Positions 52,035-64,000 of a DNA stretch of 64,000 nucleotides are shown here, piece by piece. Source of the DNA: Lama glama. Lineage: Eukaryota. The stretch lies in assembly GCA_028534125.1 (NCBI GenBank), contig CM052818.1, positions 20,896,001-20,960,000 of the forward strand. The letters are read 5' to 3'. The notes beneath the pieces are model-generated. The model saw only the letters and a program-made list of their open reading frames with translations, was not told the DNA's origin and did not search any database. The position numbers and the translations under genes are program-made. The stretch's first letter is position 1, and the number at the start of each line of letters is the position of its first letter.

Positions 52035-54174
52035 AAGTGGGTTTGTCTATGCTTTCCCTAGTCCTTTCAAATTATCTTGAAGCTTTATTAAATTTGCCTT
52101 TTACTGTGGTTATTCATGTAGAAATCTAACCTTGTACACTAAACTACAAGCTCTTTGAGGGCAAGGAAGACAAGCCCCTTGTGGTTTTCATCTCTGCAGG
52201 CACCAAAAGAGCCTGGCAGGGCCCTTAAACATTGTGCCAGTCCCAAAAACATTTGCTAAACTGAGCTGGTTCCCCATCCAGCGTGCAGACAGGCTGAAAG
52301 AGAAATTAGACAGCTTACACCAGGTCAGAAACTACACTCACCGCCCCCAACTCACAATGCAGTCTTTCTTTCCATGACCCCAAGATTGGCTGATGGACCA
52401 GAAATCCCATCGGCCATTCCACAGACATTCATTAGGTGTTGACCTTGTGTCTGGCATTGGGTGCTGGGGATACACTGGTGAAAAGACAGCGGGAGACCCT
52501 GCCCTCAGGGGAGGCCTAGTCTAGCAGGGGAAGCAAACCTAAATACTTGGGAATTATGTACCAGAGGCAAGAAGCAGAGTATTAGGGTAGCACAGAGAAG
52601 TGGGTCTGCCTAGACTTGAGGGGCTACGGGTACTTGGGAAGAGCTTTGAGGCGCAGTTAGTTAAAACAGTTATCTAGTTGAAGAAGACCTAGCTAAGAAT
52701 GGTTTTCATCAGAGAAGAAAGTATTTAAAGGCACTGGGGCAGGAAGTCGCAAGGATGAAAAGAAGGCCAGGGTGGCTGAAGCAGAGAGAACCAGGGAGAC
52801 ACTGGCAAGAAAAAAGGCTGGTCAGGGAAGGGTGTCTGATGGGCCATTCAAAGGCCACTTCCATCAGGGGCTGTGGGGGGAGGTGGGGATGAAGAAATGG
52901 GCAGACACTGGAGATGTCAGACAAGAGAGAATGGAGGTCTCGGGTGGAAAGCTCACAGTGGGACAGACAACCACCGCCAACAGCCCTGTCCCGGACTATG
53001 TGCTGTGAGCCCACGCTTGGAAGAGAGCAGGAGTATTTAAAGCCTTTTCCAGCTACTGGTTTGGGCAGACTGGGCGAAGACAAATAGACAGAGCCCCCGG
53101 GGGCACCTGGAGGTCTGCGTTAACCCTCAGGCCCTCTACACACTTCTCGCGGCCTGGGCAGGACCTGGAGCCTCTTTGGTTTTTATTTTCTGAACCATAT
53201 AGTGAAATTGGTAAAGTCTCCCAGCTGATTCCACTAAAACCTTTTAGCTTCTCTAACAGACTAGGATTCCAACATCCTCCAAAGAATGACTATCACTTAC
53301 TCTCCTAGTTACTAGTTTCCCTTGATAAAGGGGTCCATGTATGAAAGAAAAAGCTAAGAACAAAACCCCACAAAACCCCCCAAACAGAAAAAACAACCAC
53401 AATGCAATCTGCAGCTCCAGGAACTTATTACAGACTGGCCCTTGCAAGGTGGACAAACCCTTGCTGTTTAGAAAAAAAAAAAATGTAGCCGGCACTCATT
53501 GGATTAAGAGTGCAGAAAAGCAAACGTGTTCAAATCTTAAACACATCATAATTTTAAGCATCCACAAGTGTTTAAAAAGTGTTAGCTGCTATGAGCACAT
53601 ACATACATTCACTAGTTAAACATCATAACCTGTTTCTTTTCTAAACACGTGGGCAGGAGAACAGAGGACGGTTAACATGTTAAACACACTGACATGTTTA
53701 CAATGTGTTGCAAGAAGGTGTTTAACTTTTTGTGCTCCAAAGCTAAACACTTTGGAATTAGAGGGTTGGCTAATTCTGTCTCCAGTTAGTATGACTATCA
53801 CCTAGTGGTCCCTTTGGCACCTTTGGAATCACAGACAACCCAGTGATAACCTGGATTTCATCAAGAGTAGGACTGGGCTCCTTACTGCAGGATCTTGGGT
53901 GCAGATGAAATGTTTGTTTCTGAAAGCAAGTCACAGAGGGACTTAGCCCTGAATCCATGAATTGCTGGACCCAGCCCCCGCTCCGGGTTAGCATGACCAG
54001 ACTCTTCTCCCAGGTGTTCGTTCTATCCTGCTGGTAGGAGCTTTCCAGGAGGCCCCAGACGTAGATCAGCTCTGGCCTTGGTCTCTGTGCCACACTGGCT
54101 CAGACTCTCATAGAGAATAAATGCAGCCCTGGAAGCTAGATTGGAAAGAGAGAGGGAAAAAGAAAAGAAGGAAG

Positions 54175-54425
54175 GTGAATTTGGTTCCAATGGCTGCTTA
54201 ATAAATTACCACACACTTGGTGCTTAAAGCAGCATAACTGTATTGTCTTGCAGTTTTGGAGAGCAGACGTCCTGGGTCTCTTTGGACTAAAATGAAATGT
54301 CGGTAGGGCTGCGCTCCTCTTGGAGGCTCCAGGGGAGAATCCATTTCCTTGCCTATTCCAGCTTCTAGAGGCCACCCACATTCCATGGCTTGCAGCCTCA
54401 ACTTCATCTTCAAAGTCGGCAGTGG
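54175..54425 (-). mobile_element. MLT1C/D-like MaLR LTR fragment
   Basis: ggctgcttaataaattaccacacacttggtgcttaaagcagca...ggaggctccaggggagaatccatttccttgcctattccagcttctagaggcc. Confidence 0.85.
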
Positions 54426-54469
54426 GCCATTTCCTCAGTTCCCTTGGCTGTAACTCGATGAACTTTCCA

Positions 54470-54770
54470 TGCACCTCTAGAGGCAGCCTTTCCACCCAGG
54501 CATCAGATCCCAGCCCTTCTCGCCTACTCAAAGATATCGCTCTGGCCGTTACCCACTTCTCTCCTCCATCTTCAGTTGTTCATATTCTCCTGAATCACTC
54601 CCATCAGCATGCAGGCATGTGATTATTTTTTCCCAGTTTATAAAGACCTTCCTTTGAATCCACTTCTTCTGCAACTTTTTCTTTGCTCCTCATTCACATC
54701 AAAACTTCTCCAGAAAATTGTCTGTATTCACTATCCCCAATTTTTTCCCCGTTCTCTTCCTCTTGAAAAC
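54470..54770 (+). mobile_element. L2 LINE, 5' segment (interrupted by L1)
   Basis: gatcccagcccttctcgcctactcaaagatatcgctc...aaaacttctccagaaaattgtctgtattcact. Confidence 0.7.
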
Positions 54771-54772
54771 AA

Positions 54773-56226
54773 CTTTTTTGAGATATCATGAACATAAATA
54801 AATTGTATATCATTAAGGCATACACTTGATGTTTTGGTATACATATGTACCAAATATATATATATACACACATACATATATATATATACACACACACACG
54901 TTGTGAAAAGATCACCACAGTCAAGCTCAATAATTTATCCATCATCTCTGTATAGATTCATTGTGTGCGTTGAGAAGATTTAACTTAAGATCTACCCTCT
55001 CAGCAGATTTCAAGTATACATACAGTACTGTGAACTATCATCACCATGCTATGCACAGCTCATTCATGTTGCATAACTTTCATTGTACCCTTTGGCCAAC
55101 ATCTCATTTCTGCCTCTAATTCCCCTTGCTTCTGCAACTACCATTCTACTTTCTGCATACATGAGATTGACTATTTTAGATTCTACATATAAATGAGATG
55201 ATGCAGTGTTTGTTTTTCTGTATCTGGCTTATTTCACTTAGCACAAGGTCCTCCATGTTGTCACAAATGGGAGAATTTCCTTCTTTTCGTAAAGCTGAAT
55301 TATATTCCATTATGATCTATCTACCTATCTATATCATATTTTCTTTATTCATTCGTCCTTCAATGGACATTTAGGTTGCCTCCATATCTTGACTATTGTG
55401 AATAATGTTATAATAAATATGTGAGTGCAGGTATCTCTTTGGGATACTGATTTCATTTCCTTTGGTTATATACCCAGAAGTGGGGCTGCTGGATCATATG
55501 ATAGTTCTATTTTTAATTTTTTAAAGAACTTTAATACTGTTTTCCATAGTGGCTGTACCAATTTACATTCCCACCAAAAGCGCACAAGGTTTCCCTTTTT
55601 TCCACATCCTCACTGACACTTGTTATACTTTGTCTTTTTGGTAATAGCTGTTCTAACAGGTGTGAGGTGGTATCTCATTGTGGTTTAGTATCTTTCCATG
55701 TACCTGTTGGTCATTTGTAGATCTTCCTTTAAAAAATGTCTATTTAGGGCCTTTGCCTATTTTTAAGTAATTAAAAAAAATTGAGTTGTAGGAGTTCCTT
55801 ATATATTTTAGATGTTAACCCCTTACCAGATATATGGTTTGCAGATATTTTCTCCCATTCCGTAGGTTTCCTTTTCATTCTGTTGATTACTTACTTTTCT
55901 GTACAGAAGCTTTTTAGTTTGATGTAGTTCCACTTGTCTATTTTTGTCTTTGTTGCCTGTGATTTTGGTGTCCTAACCAAAAAATTATTGCCAAGATCAA
56001 TGTCAAGAAGCTTTCCCTCTATGTTTTCTTCTAGTAGTTTTACAGTTTCAGGTCTTACATTTAAGTCTTTAATACATTTTGAGTTAACTTTTGTATAAGA
56101 CATGAAATAAGGATCCAGTTTCATCCTTCTGCACGTGGATATCCAGTTATTGAAGAGACTGTTCTTTCCGCACTGTGTGTTCTTGGCACACTTGTCGAAG
56201 GTCAGTTAACCATAAATGTGTGGGTT
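54773..56226 (-). mobile_element. L1MA-type LINE (~1.45 kb 3' portion) nested in L2
   Basis: 3' UTR gatcaccacagtcaagct...ttaagatctaccctctcagc. ORF2 remnant at 55891-56124 (MKLDPY...[33 protein letters not shown]...[15 protein letters not shown]). Confidence 0.92.
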
Positions 56227-57520
56227 CCTCCCAGTCTCTCTTAAACACACTCCAGTCAGCCTTTGCCCCGAAGTACTCAACAGATTACCCTTGTCAACCT
56301 TCATATTGCTGAGTTGCGGTCAGATCTGTCTTGACCACTTCGTTGATCAGCTGCATTTGACATAAGTTGATCACTTTTCCTCCTTGTTATGTATTCTTCA
56401 CATGACTTCCAGAACTGCACACTCCCTTTGTTTTCCTCATATCTCATGAGTTGCTCCTTCTTGGTCTCCCTTGCTGGTTCCTCCTCATCTCCTTGATCTT
56501 TTAGGGTTGGTATACCCCAGGGCTCAGTCCTTGGTTCTGTTCTCTTCTTTACCTACATTGATTCTTTTGGTGATCTTATGGCTTCGCATATCAGATATCA
56601 CTGCTGATGTCCAAACTTAAATTTTTGCTTCCAGCCTTCAGATATCTATTTGGATGTCTACTTGGATGATATCTCAAGTTCAACATGCTCTCCTGATCTG
56701 CCCTGTGCCCACCCCTCCCTCGTAAACCTGCTCTACCCACAGCCATCTCCGTCTCACTTGATGCCAGCTCCATCTTTCCATATGCTTAGGCTTGCCACCT
56801 CCATGGCTACCGTCCTGGTTAGAGCTGCTATCGTTTCTCACCTGGATTACAGTACTAGCCTCCTAATTGCTTCCACCTTTGTCTTTCTGCAATCTGTTAC
56901 CAAAACAGCAACTAGAGGGAATCTTCCAAAATTTAAATCAGATCGTGTAATTTATCTTCTCAAAGCCTTTCAGTGGCTCCCCATTTCTCTAAGGCCCTAC
57001 ACAGTCTGCCAGCCCATCTCACCTCTGCCTCGCGGAACTCACCCCTTCTACTCTTCTTTTTTACTCCACTCCAGCCACCTGACCTCATGGCAGTTCCTCA
57101 AACATGCCAAGGATGCTGCATTTTACAAACTGTACTGTCCACTTTCCTGGAAGGCTCTTCCTTCCCCAAATAGCCACATGACTCCCTCCCTCACCTCCCT
57201 TAAGTCTTTGCTCAGATGTCACCACCTCAGTGAGAGCTACTCTGACTCCTGTATACACTACAGCCTGCCTCTACTCAAATCCCAACCCTCCTATCCTCTT
57301 CTACTTATCTTGTTTCCATGCTAGTTAATACTTTCTGACATACTACAAAATTTCTTGGTTTTTTTTTTTAATATTTATTGTTTATAGGTCTCCTTCTGAT
57401 AGACTATAAGTTCCAGGAAGGCAGACTTTTTTTGCATTTTTGTTCACTGATGAATCTCAATGGCCTAACACAATGGCTGGCATGTAGTTAGTGCACAATA
57501 AATATTTGTTGGATAAATGC
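56227..57520 (+). mobile_element. L2 LINE, 3' segment to terminus
   Basis: cagctgcatttgacataagttgatcac, ccccagggctcagtccttgg, LVRAAIVSHLDYSTSLL (L2 ORF2-like) and terminal gtgcacaataaatatttgttggataaat. Confidence 0.88.
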
Positions 57521-59999
57521 ACAGAAAAACTGTTCGTGTCATGGGAAGATTTCCATGAAGGCTGTCTACCATCCATCCATCTGTCTGTCCACCTCAGTCA
57601 TTCAACAAGTATGTTTTGGGTGCCTGGTCATTTTTTACCCTATGTGGTGGCTTCTGAGAAAGCGGTTTCTACCCTAAAAGAACTTGTAATCAGGTTAGGG
57701 GAAAAGCGTAAACACTGGAATCATTAAACAGAACTTAGCTGTTGTTATCTAAGCCAGAATGGAAAGCTCAGGCATTGCCACGCTAGAGGGCTGGTGATGG
57801 GGGTGGGAGTGCAATATTTATAGTCTGGCACTCTGATGGATTTGAAGGTCTAAAGATCGAACAGTCTTTGAGGACCCCACAACTGCATGTCCTGGGGATG
57901 CTGAGAATCTGCTGGGAGAGGGAAGGGGAAACAGCCTTTGATGGGCCTGCGAGGAGGGCCCCGAGGCTGAGAGAGGAGCTGTTGCCCTGCCTGTTTCCTC
58001 TGTGGTTACCTGGGGCTTTCTTTCCAGGAGTTAGTGGGGAGTTTTAGCCCCTGGGACAGGGATGACAACCAGCTGCCTTGTCCAAGGAGCTGCCCCTTCC
58101 TGAAAGACAGCATGCTTACACTTGCTGGGGGAGCTGGAATCCCAGCAGCACTGAGAAGCCAGAGCTGAGAGGCTGGGCCCTGGGTGTCCTCAGCCTGGGA
58201 GCCTTCTTCTCATCGCTGACTGCACCAAACTCAGAAAGGGAAACAGTCCTAATCCCATAGCGCTGAACAAATAGCTCACAGCTGGCCAGCTCACCAGAAC
58301 AAACAAGCCAGTTCCCCTGGATCCGCAGAACCGGAATGAATGATACCCAGACCCTCTTGCTCCTCTTCTTTGTTCTGTTGCCCTGCAAAGTCTTGTGCTG
58401 AGGGGAGGTGATGAAACACATAAACACATCTGGAGGTGTTGCAGGAGCTCAGGGAAGGATGCACTGAACGGAGACTCAGGGAAGGAGACAGCATGGAAAA
58501 TTCACACACACACACACACACACTGCTTGGTGTTAGCAGGCACAACTCAGGCCATACGCTTGGGAAAGCTGGTTCCTGGTGGGGCAGGGAGCACCTCTTG
58601 ACTTCTCCACCCAGAGCTCTGAGTGTGCCTCTTACACCATGTAGCTATTTACACGTGGACAAGAACTTAATCCTCAGAGCAGGCACTAGAGGTAAAATTT
58701 CTCAGAACATTCGCTTTGCTCACAAGGCCAGTTTCATTGCCCTTGCTTTTAGGTTTCTCCTATTTCAGAAACTTGTCATCCAGGCTTCTAAATAAGTCCT
58801 ACCTAGCTTCCTTACCAAACTTTATAATTTTTGATACAAATGACTCATGTTGATTGGACGATGTACAGAGAAATTAATAAGAGAAAATTCCAGTCACCCA
58901 TAATCTCCCCTCCCCTGGAGATACTACAGTTGAGTACCCACACCCAGACTTGTCCTTACACACACAATGTGGTTAAGCAATGTTCTGTGCTTTCAATCAG
59001 TGGGGGTTCTCCCTGGCGCCTTCCCTCCCCTATTCTAAGCCCCTGCATTCCTAGCCTAGGGAGCTTCTGGTAGAGGAGGAAGCAGAAGTTGCCCCTCTTT
59101 CTGTCTCCCAGGAGAGCCCATGCTCCCTGAAGCCCCATATTAAGACAGATGTGCATGGGGTTTGGGAGAGGGGACAAGACAGTGTGTGGCCCTGGTCAGG
59201 GATGGAGACTGGTGGGCCCCACGTTGCAGGGGACCCAACCTGTCCTAGTGCACCTGAGGAGGAGGCAGCACACTTGAGGGAAATGACTGCACCTGGGGGA
59301 CAGGTTAAAGGCCCCTGAGCTCCCAGCCTTGCTACAGAGCACTCCTCCACATGCCTCTACCTCATGGACAGAAACAGCCCTGCAAGGGGCCTGTGGGCTT
59401 GACCATGAGGTTGTCAGTGCAGCCAAGGGACAGGAGGCTAGAGGCCAGCCTCTGTTTTCTGGGCACCATGTCAGCTTGCTGGATTCTCATGTGATGCCAG
59501 GTAGGGGAAGAAACCCCAGTGATGTCCGAGAGTGCACTTCCTGCCAGCCCAGCAGGGTAAAACTTGAAGTCAGATTTGAGTTGATTTAAATAGAGACACG
59601 CGATACTTCCTGCATATCTGAACTTGTGGAGTATGATTCATCCATGCTGCACGTGTGTACTTTTAACAGAAACAGGGCCACCCTGTCCTGTTACCTGTTT
59701 TCTTCACTCAGCGCTGGGTCACACAGCTCCTCCGCGGCTGCTCCTACGCGCTCACCATCATCAGTAATGGGCACATCACACTCCATCGTGTGAACATGTC
59801 ACAATTTACCCAACCAGTCTATCTAAATACTTCCCGACCCAGTTTCTCTCCAAGACCCAGCTCTCCAAAGGGCTGGAAGACGGGGGAGTCTTTGTCCTGC
59901 TGCTGCCATCGGGAGCACTGCAGTGGCTCCCCAGACCTTGGTTTTTCAGGGCTTGGTGCCTAAGAATGACTGGCAGCCGTCGTGAGAACATCGCACCCA

Positions 60000-60205
60000 G
60001 TAATAACGGTAATTAAGATTTACACAGCACCCTGGGCCCGGCCCCATTCTAAGCACTTTATGACTATCATCTCGCTTAATCTTCATAACAACCCTATGGG
60101 GAAATTGAGGCTGAAAGAGAGAAACTCATGCAAGGTCACACAGTCAGCGGCTGAGCTGGGATGTGAAGCTGGCAGTCTGGCACCAGCATCGTGCTTTTAA
60201 CCACC
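60000..60205 (-). mobile_element. MIR SINE
   Basis: ttctaagcactttatg...ttaatcttcataacaaccctatggggaaattgaggctgaaagag...caaggtcacacag. Confidence 0.8.
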
Positions 60206-60644
60206 AGAGGAGTTGGCTTGCTTGGAGAGTTTTGGCTGCTTATTGGGAACAAGCAGCAGGGTTTTTTGACCTTTCCCCCTAAGTTTTGGCACACTGTATT
60301 TTGAGGTTTGCATTTTTTTTTCAAATGCAAAAAATTCTTTTCTAGTTTCCCTCTAAAGAATTCAAGAGCTCATATCCTCTGGGCCAGTCATTCCTGGGCA
60401 GGACCCTGCTGACTGATTGACAGGCCACAGGTCAGAGTTTGAAGCTGTTTCTGAGTGGTGTGTGTGGCTGACAGTCTTGCATCCAGCCTCTCCAGGACCG
60501 GCACAGCAAGGGCTTCCCACTGCTAGCAAACAGTCACCCTGCCAGCCTTCTTCATCCTGTACCAAGATGTCTCTGTGTGGAAGCTGGATGCCTTGCTGGG
60601 TCAAATCCAGTGGTTAGAACTAGAGGGCCCACGGGGCTGTCATC

Positions 60645-60800
60645 ACTGCTCAGCTGCATACGGCGACCCTGGGTGCACACCAGAGTCACTGAGCTGCCTT
60701 TGTGAAGTGCAGATGCCTTGGGCCAGACCTATCTGGGGGCGGGGCCTGGGTTTGCACCTTTTGGAAACAACCCCCGGTGATACTGATGCCCAGCCTTGGC
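60645..60800. mobile_element. MER5-like hAT-Charlie DNA transposon relic
   Basis: tgcacaccagagtcactg...tgcagatgccttgggcc...tctgggggcggggcctggg...ccccggtgatactgatgc. Confidence 0.6.
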
Positions 60801-62914
60801 CAGGGGCTCCCGGGTTCTGACCCATTTCAGTCCTTCAGTCTCTCCCTGTAACACTGGCTTCTAGAAAGGGTCTCCCACCCAACTTGCAGATGTTTGATGT
60901 GAAGTTTGAGGTTGTGCAGGTGGCAGCTCCCTGGAGCATGTTGTCTGTAACCTGGAGTGATCTCCAGTTGAGGTCCTTCCTTTTTGGGACCCAGAGCCTG
61001 CTGGTGATTAGTGTCAAGGGTCTTGCAATTGTGAGCAATCTCAGAAATGCCATTATTTGTTGCTGGTACCATAAGTAGATGCAGAGAAGCTGCCTCTTAC
61101 CTGCTGCTCAGGGAGATCACCCAAATGGGAGCAGTCGTAAACTTGCCGTTGAACTATCAACAGCTCTGAAAGGAGGGTCTGAAAAACAAAACAAAATAAA
61201 TCAAAACAAAAAAAACCCAGCAAAGCAGAAAAACAACAACAACAAACAAAAATACATCTTCCTGATTGAAAAGAGAGTTGAGCTGCTCTGTTTAGTGTCC
61301 AGCATGGACTGCCAAGTCTTACCTGTGTAACAGGTGCCTACGGTCCTGCGGGAGTGTCCAGCAGCTCTTGAGTTTTGGCCTCTCCTTTCCAGTAGCTAAT
61401 CTCATTCCCCACCACTATTATTTGAACCCACAAGAGTAGACTGGTGAGCACCTTTCACTCAAACCCCCTGTGGCAGGAATCCCTACAGGTAAGGGGGAGC
61501 AGGGCATAAAGAAAAAAACAATCCATGGGGAACTTCAATGCAAACTGAAAAAGACACATCTCTGCAGTTCTCATTAACCATAGGAACGCAGTGTGGCCCA
61601 CAAAGCCCCACATCCTTTAACTTAGGGTAAAAAGAGAATCAGAGAAATGCCCAGGTTATTGGACCATATGCGCTATTTTAAGAAAAGAACAAAACCCCAT
61701 TAGAACTCGCATGATCTCGTGTACTGTCCTTCAGAAAAGATCCTTGGATGGCCCTATGCCCAGGGTGCCACCATTGGCTGCTCTGAGAGGGTGCTCGCTC
61801 TGCGGGTTCTAGGAGCCCAGCCTTGGAGTTAAGGGAAGACGGACTCCTCTGCTCCAGAACACCCCCGACCCCCATGGGCTCACAGCACAGTGCAGCCCTG
61901 TTCTCTCAGTTAACCTGGTGGGGGCTGGGGGCCAGGCTGTGCCGCTCAACCTTCTGACCTTCAGCAGAAGCTGCTTCTCCACCACCTGCCCAGGCCCAGG
62001 GACGGGGAGTACACGAGCACACAGGGTACATGGTCCTAACCAGGCAGCTGGCAGGCAGCCCTGTGTTTTTAGATACCCCTACACCCCTGCCACCTGACGC
62101 TCCTACCCATGCCCACAGAAAAGCCAGCCCGTGGCTGGGATGGTGGCCTAGGTTCAACCTGGTGAAAGGCTTAGAGTCGGAGATGGCAGAGCGATTCTGC
62201 TGTGCTGCAGGGGGCTGGTCTCTTTACAACACCTACTGCAGAATTGTTCTCATGCTTCCTGTCCCCAGACTTGACCTCTAAGGCTGGTCCTCTCGTCTGG
62301 GACCTTGGGGATGAGATTTGAAGAGGCGGCCTAGTGCCCCTGGAGTGGCTGAGGCAATGTCTCTTCTCGGTCCATGTCTGTCAGACACTAGGCCACTCTG
62401 CATGGTGAACACTGGGAAGCTAGCAGGTGGGAGCCTAGGGTCCTCCCCGCCCACCCCCTTGTCAGGCAGGTGAGGACACTGAGGTGCAGAGTGGGCACTG
62501 AAGCACCCAAGGCCCCTTAGCTGGAGAGGGCCAGGGCCAGGATGAGGACACACATCTTCAGGGCCTCCAGTCCTTGTTTTGTCGGACAGAACAGTGCTGT
62601 GTGTGAGTCTAGGAATGTGGGTCTGGCTGGAACACCCTTCCACCCCACCTGGGGGCCAGCATCTCCCAGGCAGTCACAATCTCTTGTCATTCTGCATCAC
62701 AGATATAGCTGCTTATGTGATTTCCGAGTTTCTATAGATGACAGATAATGGAATTTTCTTGCCTGATAGCTCTTTCACAGCGTCACCCATCCCAGAAGGT
62801 AGTATGCTAGAGACGCCTTAAAATCAGAAAGGCTGTGCTTCCCAAGGCATGATTCCTTGATGGTGGCTTTTCAGCACCCAAGCTACAAATTTGTTGAGTT
62901 ACTAAAAACATTTA

Positions 62915-63125
62915 TTTGCTAGATTGGATCCTAGAACAGGAAAATGACATTAGCATGAAATCCAAATAAAATATAATGTACCAACATTAATTTTTTAGTT
63001 TTGACAAATGTGCCCTTGGTTATGTAAGATGTTACCATCAGAGAAACTGAGTGAAGGGTATGTAGGAACTGTCTACTGTCTTTGCAGCTTCTAGAAATCT
63101 AAAATTTTTTTTAAATAAAAAGCTT
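62915..63125 (+). mobile_element. L1MC-type 3' end
   Basis: gattggatcctagaacaggaaaatgacattag...ttttgacaaatgtgcccttggttatgtaagatgttacc...gtgaagggtatgtaggaact...aataaaa. Confidence 0.8.
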
Positions 63126-64000
63126 AATTATAAAATTATTTGGCAGAACTTCCTCGGATCTGGCTGCCTTCATCCATCTGGTACTTCTTTTCTTAATCCG
63201 ACCCTCCTTTTCCTCACTTTGTTTCCCAATTAAAGAATAGGTTTTGACATCAAAAAAAAAAAAAAAGAAAAAAAGACTAGGTAACGTATTCTACTCTGCT
63301 GCACTGGCATTTTCTCCTGAGGACTTACTCCTACAAGGACAGTGATGTACTATCCCCCTGGAGACAGAGCAAGGGTCTCTCCTGATGACAAAAAGGAGAT
63401 GAATCCCTGGCGGGTGGTGGGCGGAGGCCCGTGGGCACCTAGTGTTCGGGGTGCAGGACTGGAGGAAAGGCCCACTTCATGGAATCTGCTTTCAGGTTGG
63501 GTGCTGAACCCGCAGCCCTCCTCCCTTGCTCCTCACCCCTTCCCCAGACCTCCCAGAGTTCTCCAGTTGTGTCAGACCCCAGAGAGGGAGAGCCCTCGGC
63601 GAGGGTGGGCCAAGAGGAGCGGAGGTAGAGAAGGACAAGGTGCTGAGCGCTCAGCCTGAGTTAAGCTCTGCGGACCTCAGGGCTTCCCTGGGGCTGACTG
63701 TTCTCTGAGGGTCTCCGTAGGGGTCATACACAGGGTGGGGTGTGTCCATAAGATGAACTTGCCTGCCTGTGTTAGAATAGCGTACTTTTGAAGGGAAAGG
63801 AGGAAGCATTTAAAAGTAAAGAACAGTAGAGGCAGCGGTCCCCACTTGCTCACTGAGGGATCACCTGGGCGTAGCTAATAAGAGCCCAGTGAAATATTTT
63901 CCTACGTGAGCAGCGAAGCCAGGAAATGCCCTGCCATGCAAGCACCCTGGGATGGCGCAGAGACGTGGCGTGGAGGGGTTGAGGCTTATTCCCTCCTAGG

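Noticed and set aside
55891..56124. 77-aa ORF with clear protein homology
   Set aside because: Fragment of L1 ORF2 in a truncated, decayed element.

Overview
Eukaryotic (placental mammal) genomic DNA, most likely camelid, judged from three tRNA(Ala)-derived vic-1-like SINEs and cetartiodactyl-type L1 ends. Positions ~1-5.4 kb contain the last two coding exons and 3' UTR of SRBD1 (S1 RNA-binding domain 1, + strand; exons 1121-1305 and 4562-4851, in-phase GT-AG splicing). The remaining ~58 kb show no credible protein-coding gene. It is an intergenic desert which, by recalled human 2p21 synteny, runs toward SIX2/SIX3. It holds L1, L2, MIR, MaLR/ERVL LTR and MER5-type relics, a 500-N assembly gap, several repeat-free homeodomain-motif-dense blocks (candidate developmental enhancers) and small CpG-rich patches. 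The two most unusual structures are (i) a ~450-bp chimeric polyadenylated retro-insertion with a 21-bp target-site duplication splitting an MLT1D LTR (48435-48924) and (ii) a CpG-rich, LTR-like promoter cassette on the minus strand with a perfect TCTCGCGAGA element (~50093-50676). I see no evidence of a novel multi-gene system. Repeat family names and boundaries are by eye and approximate.
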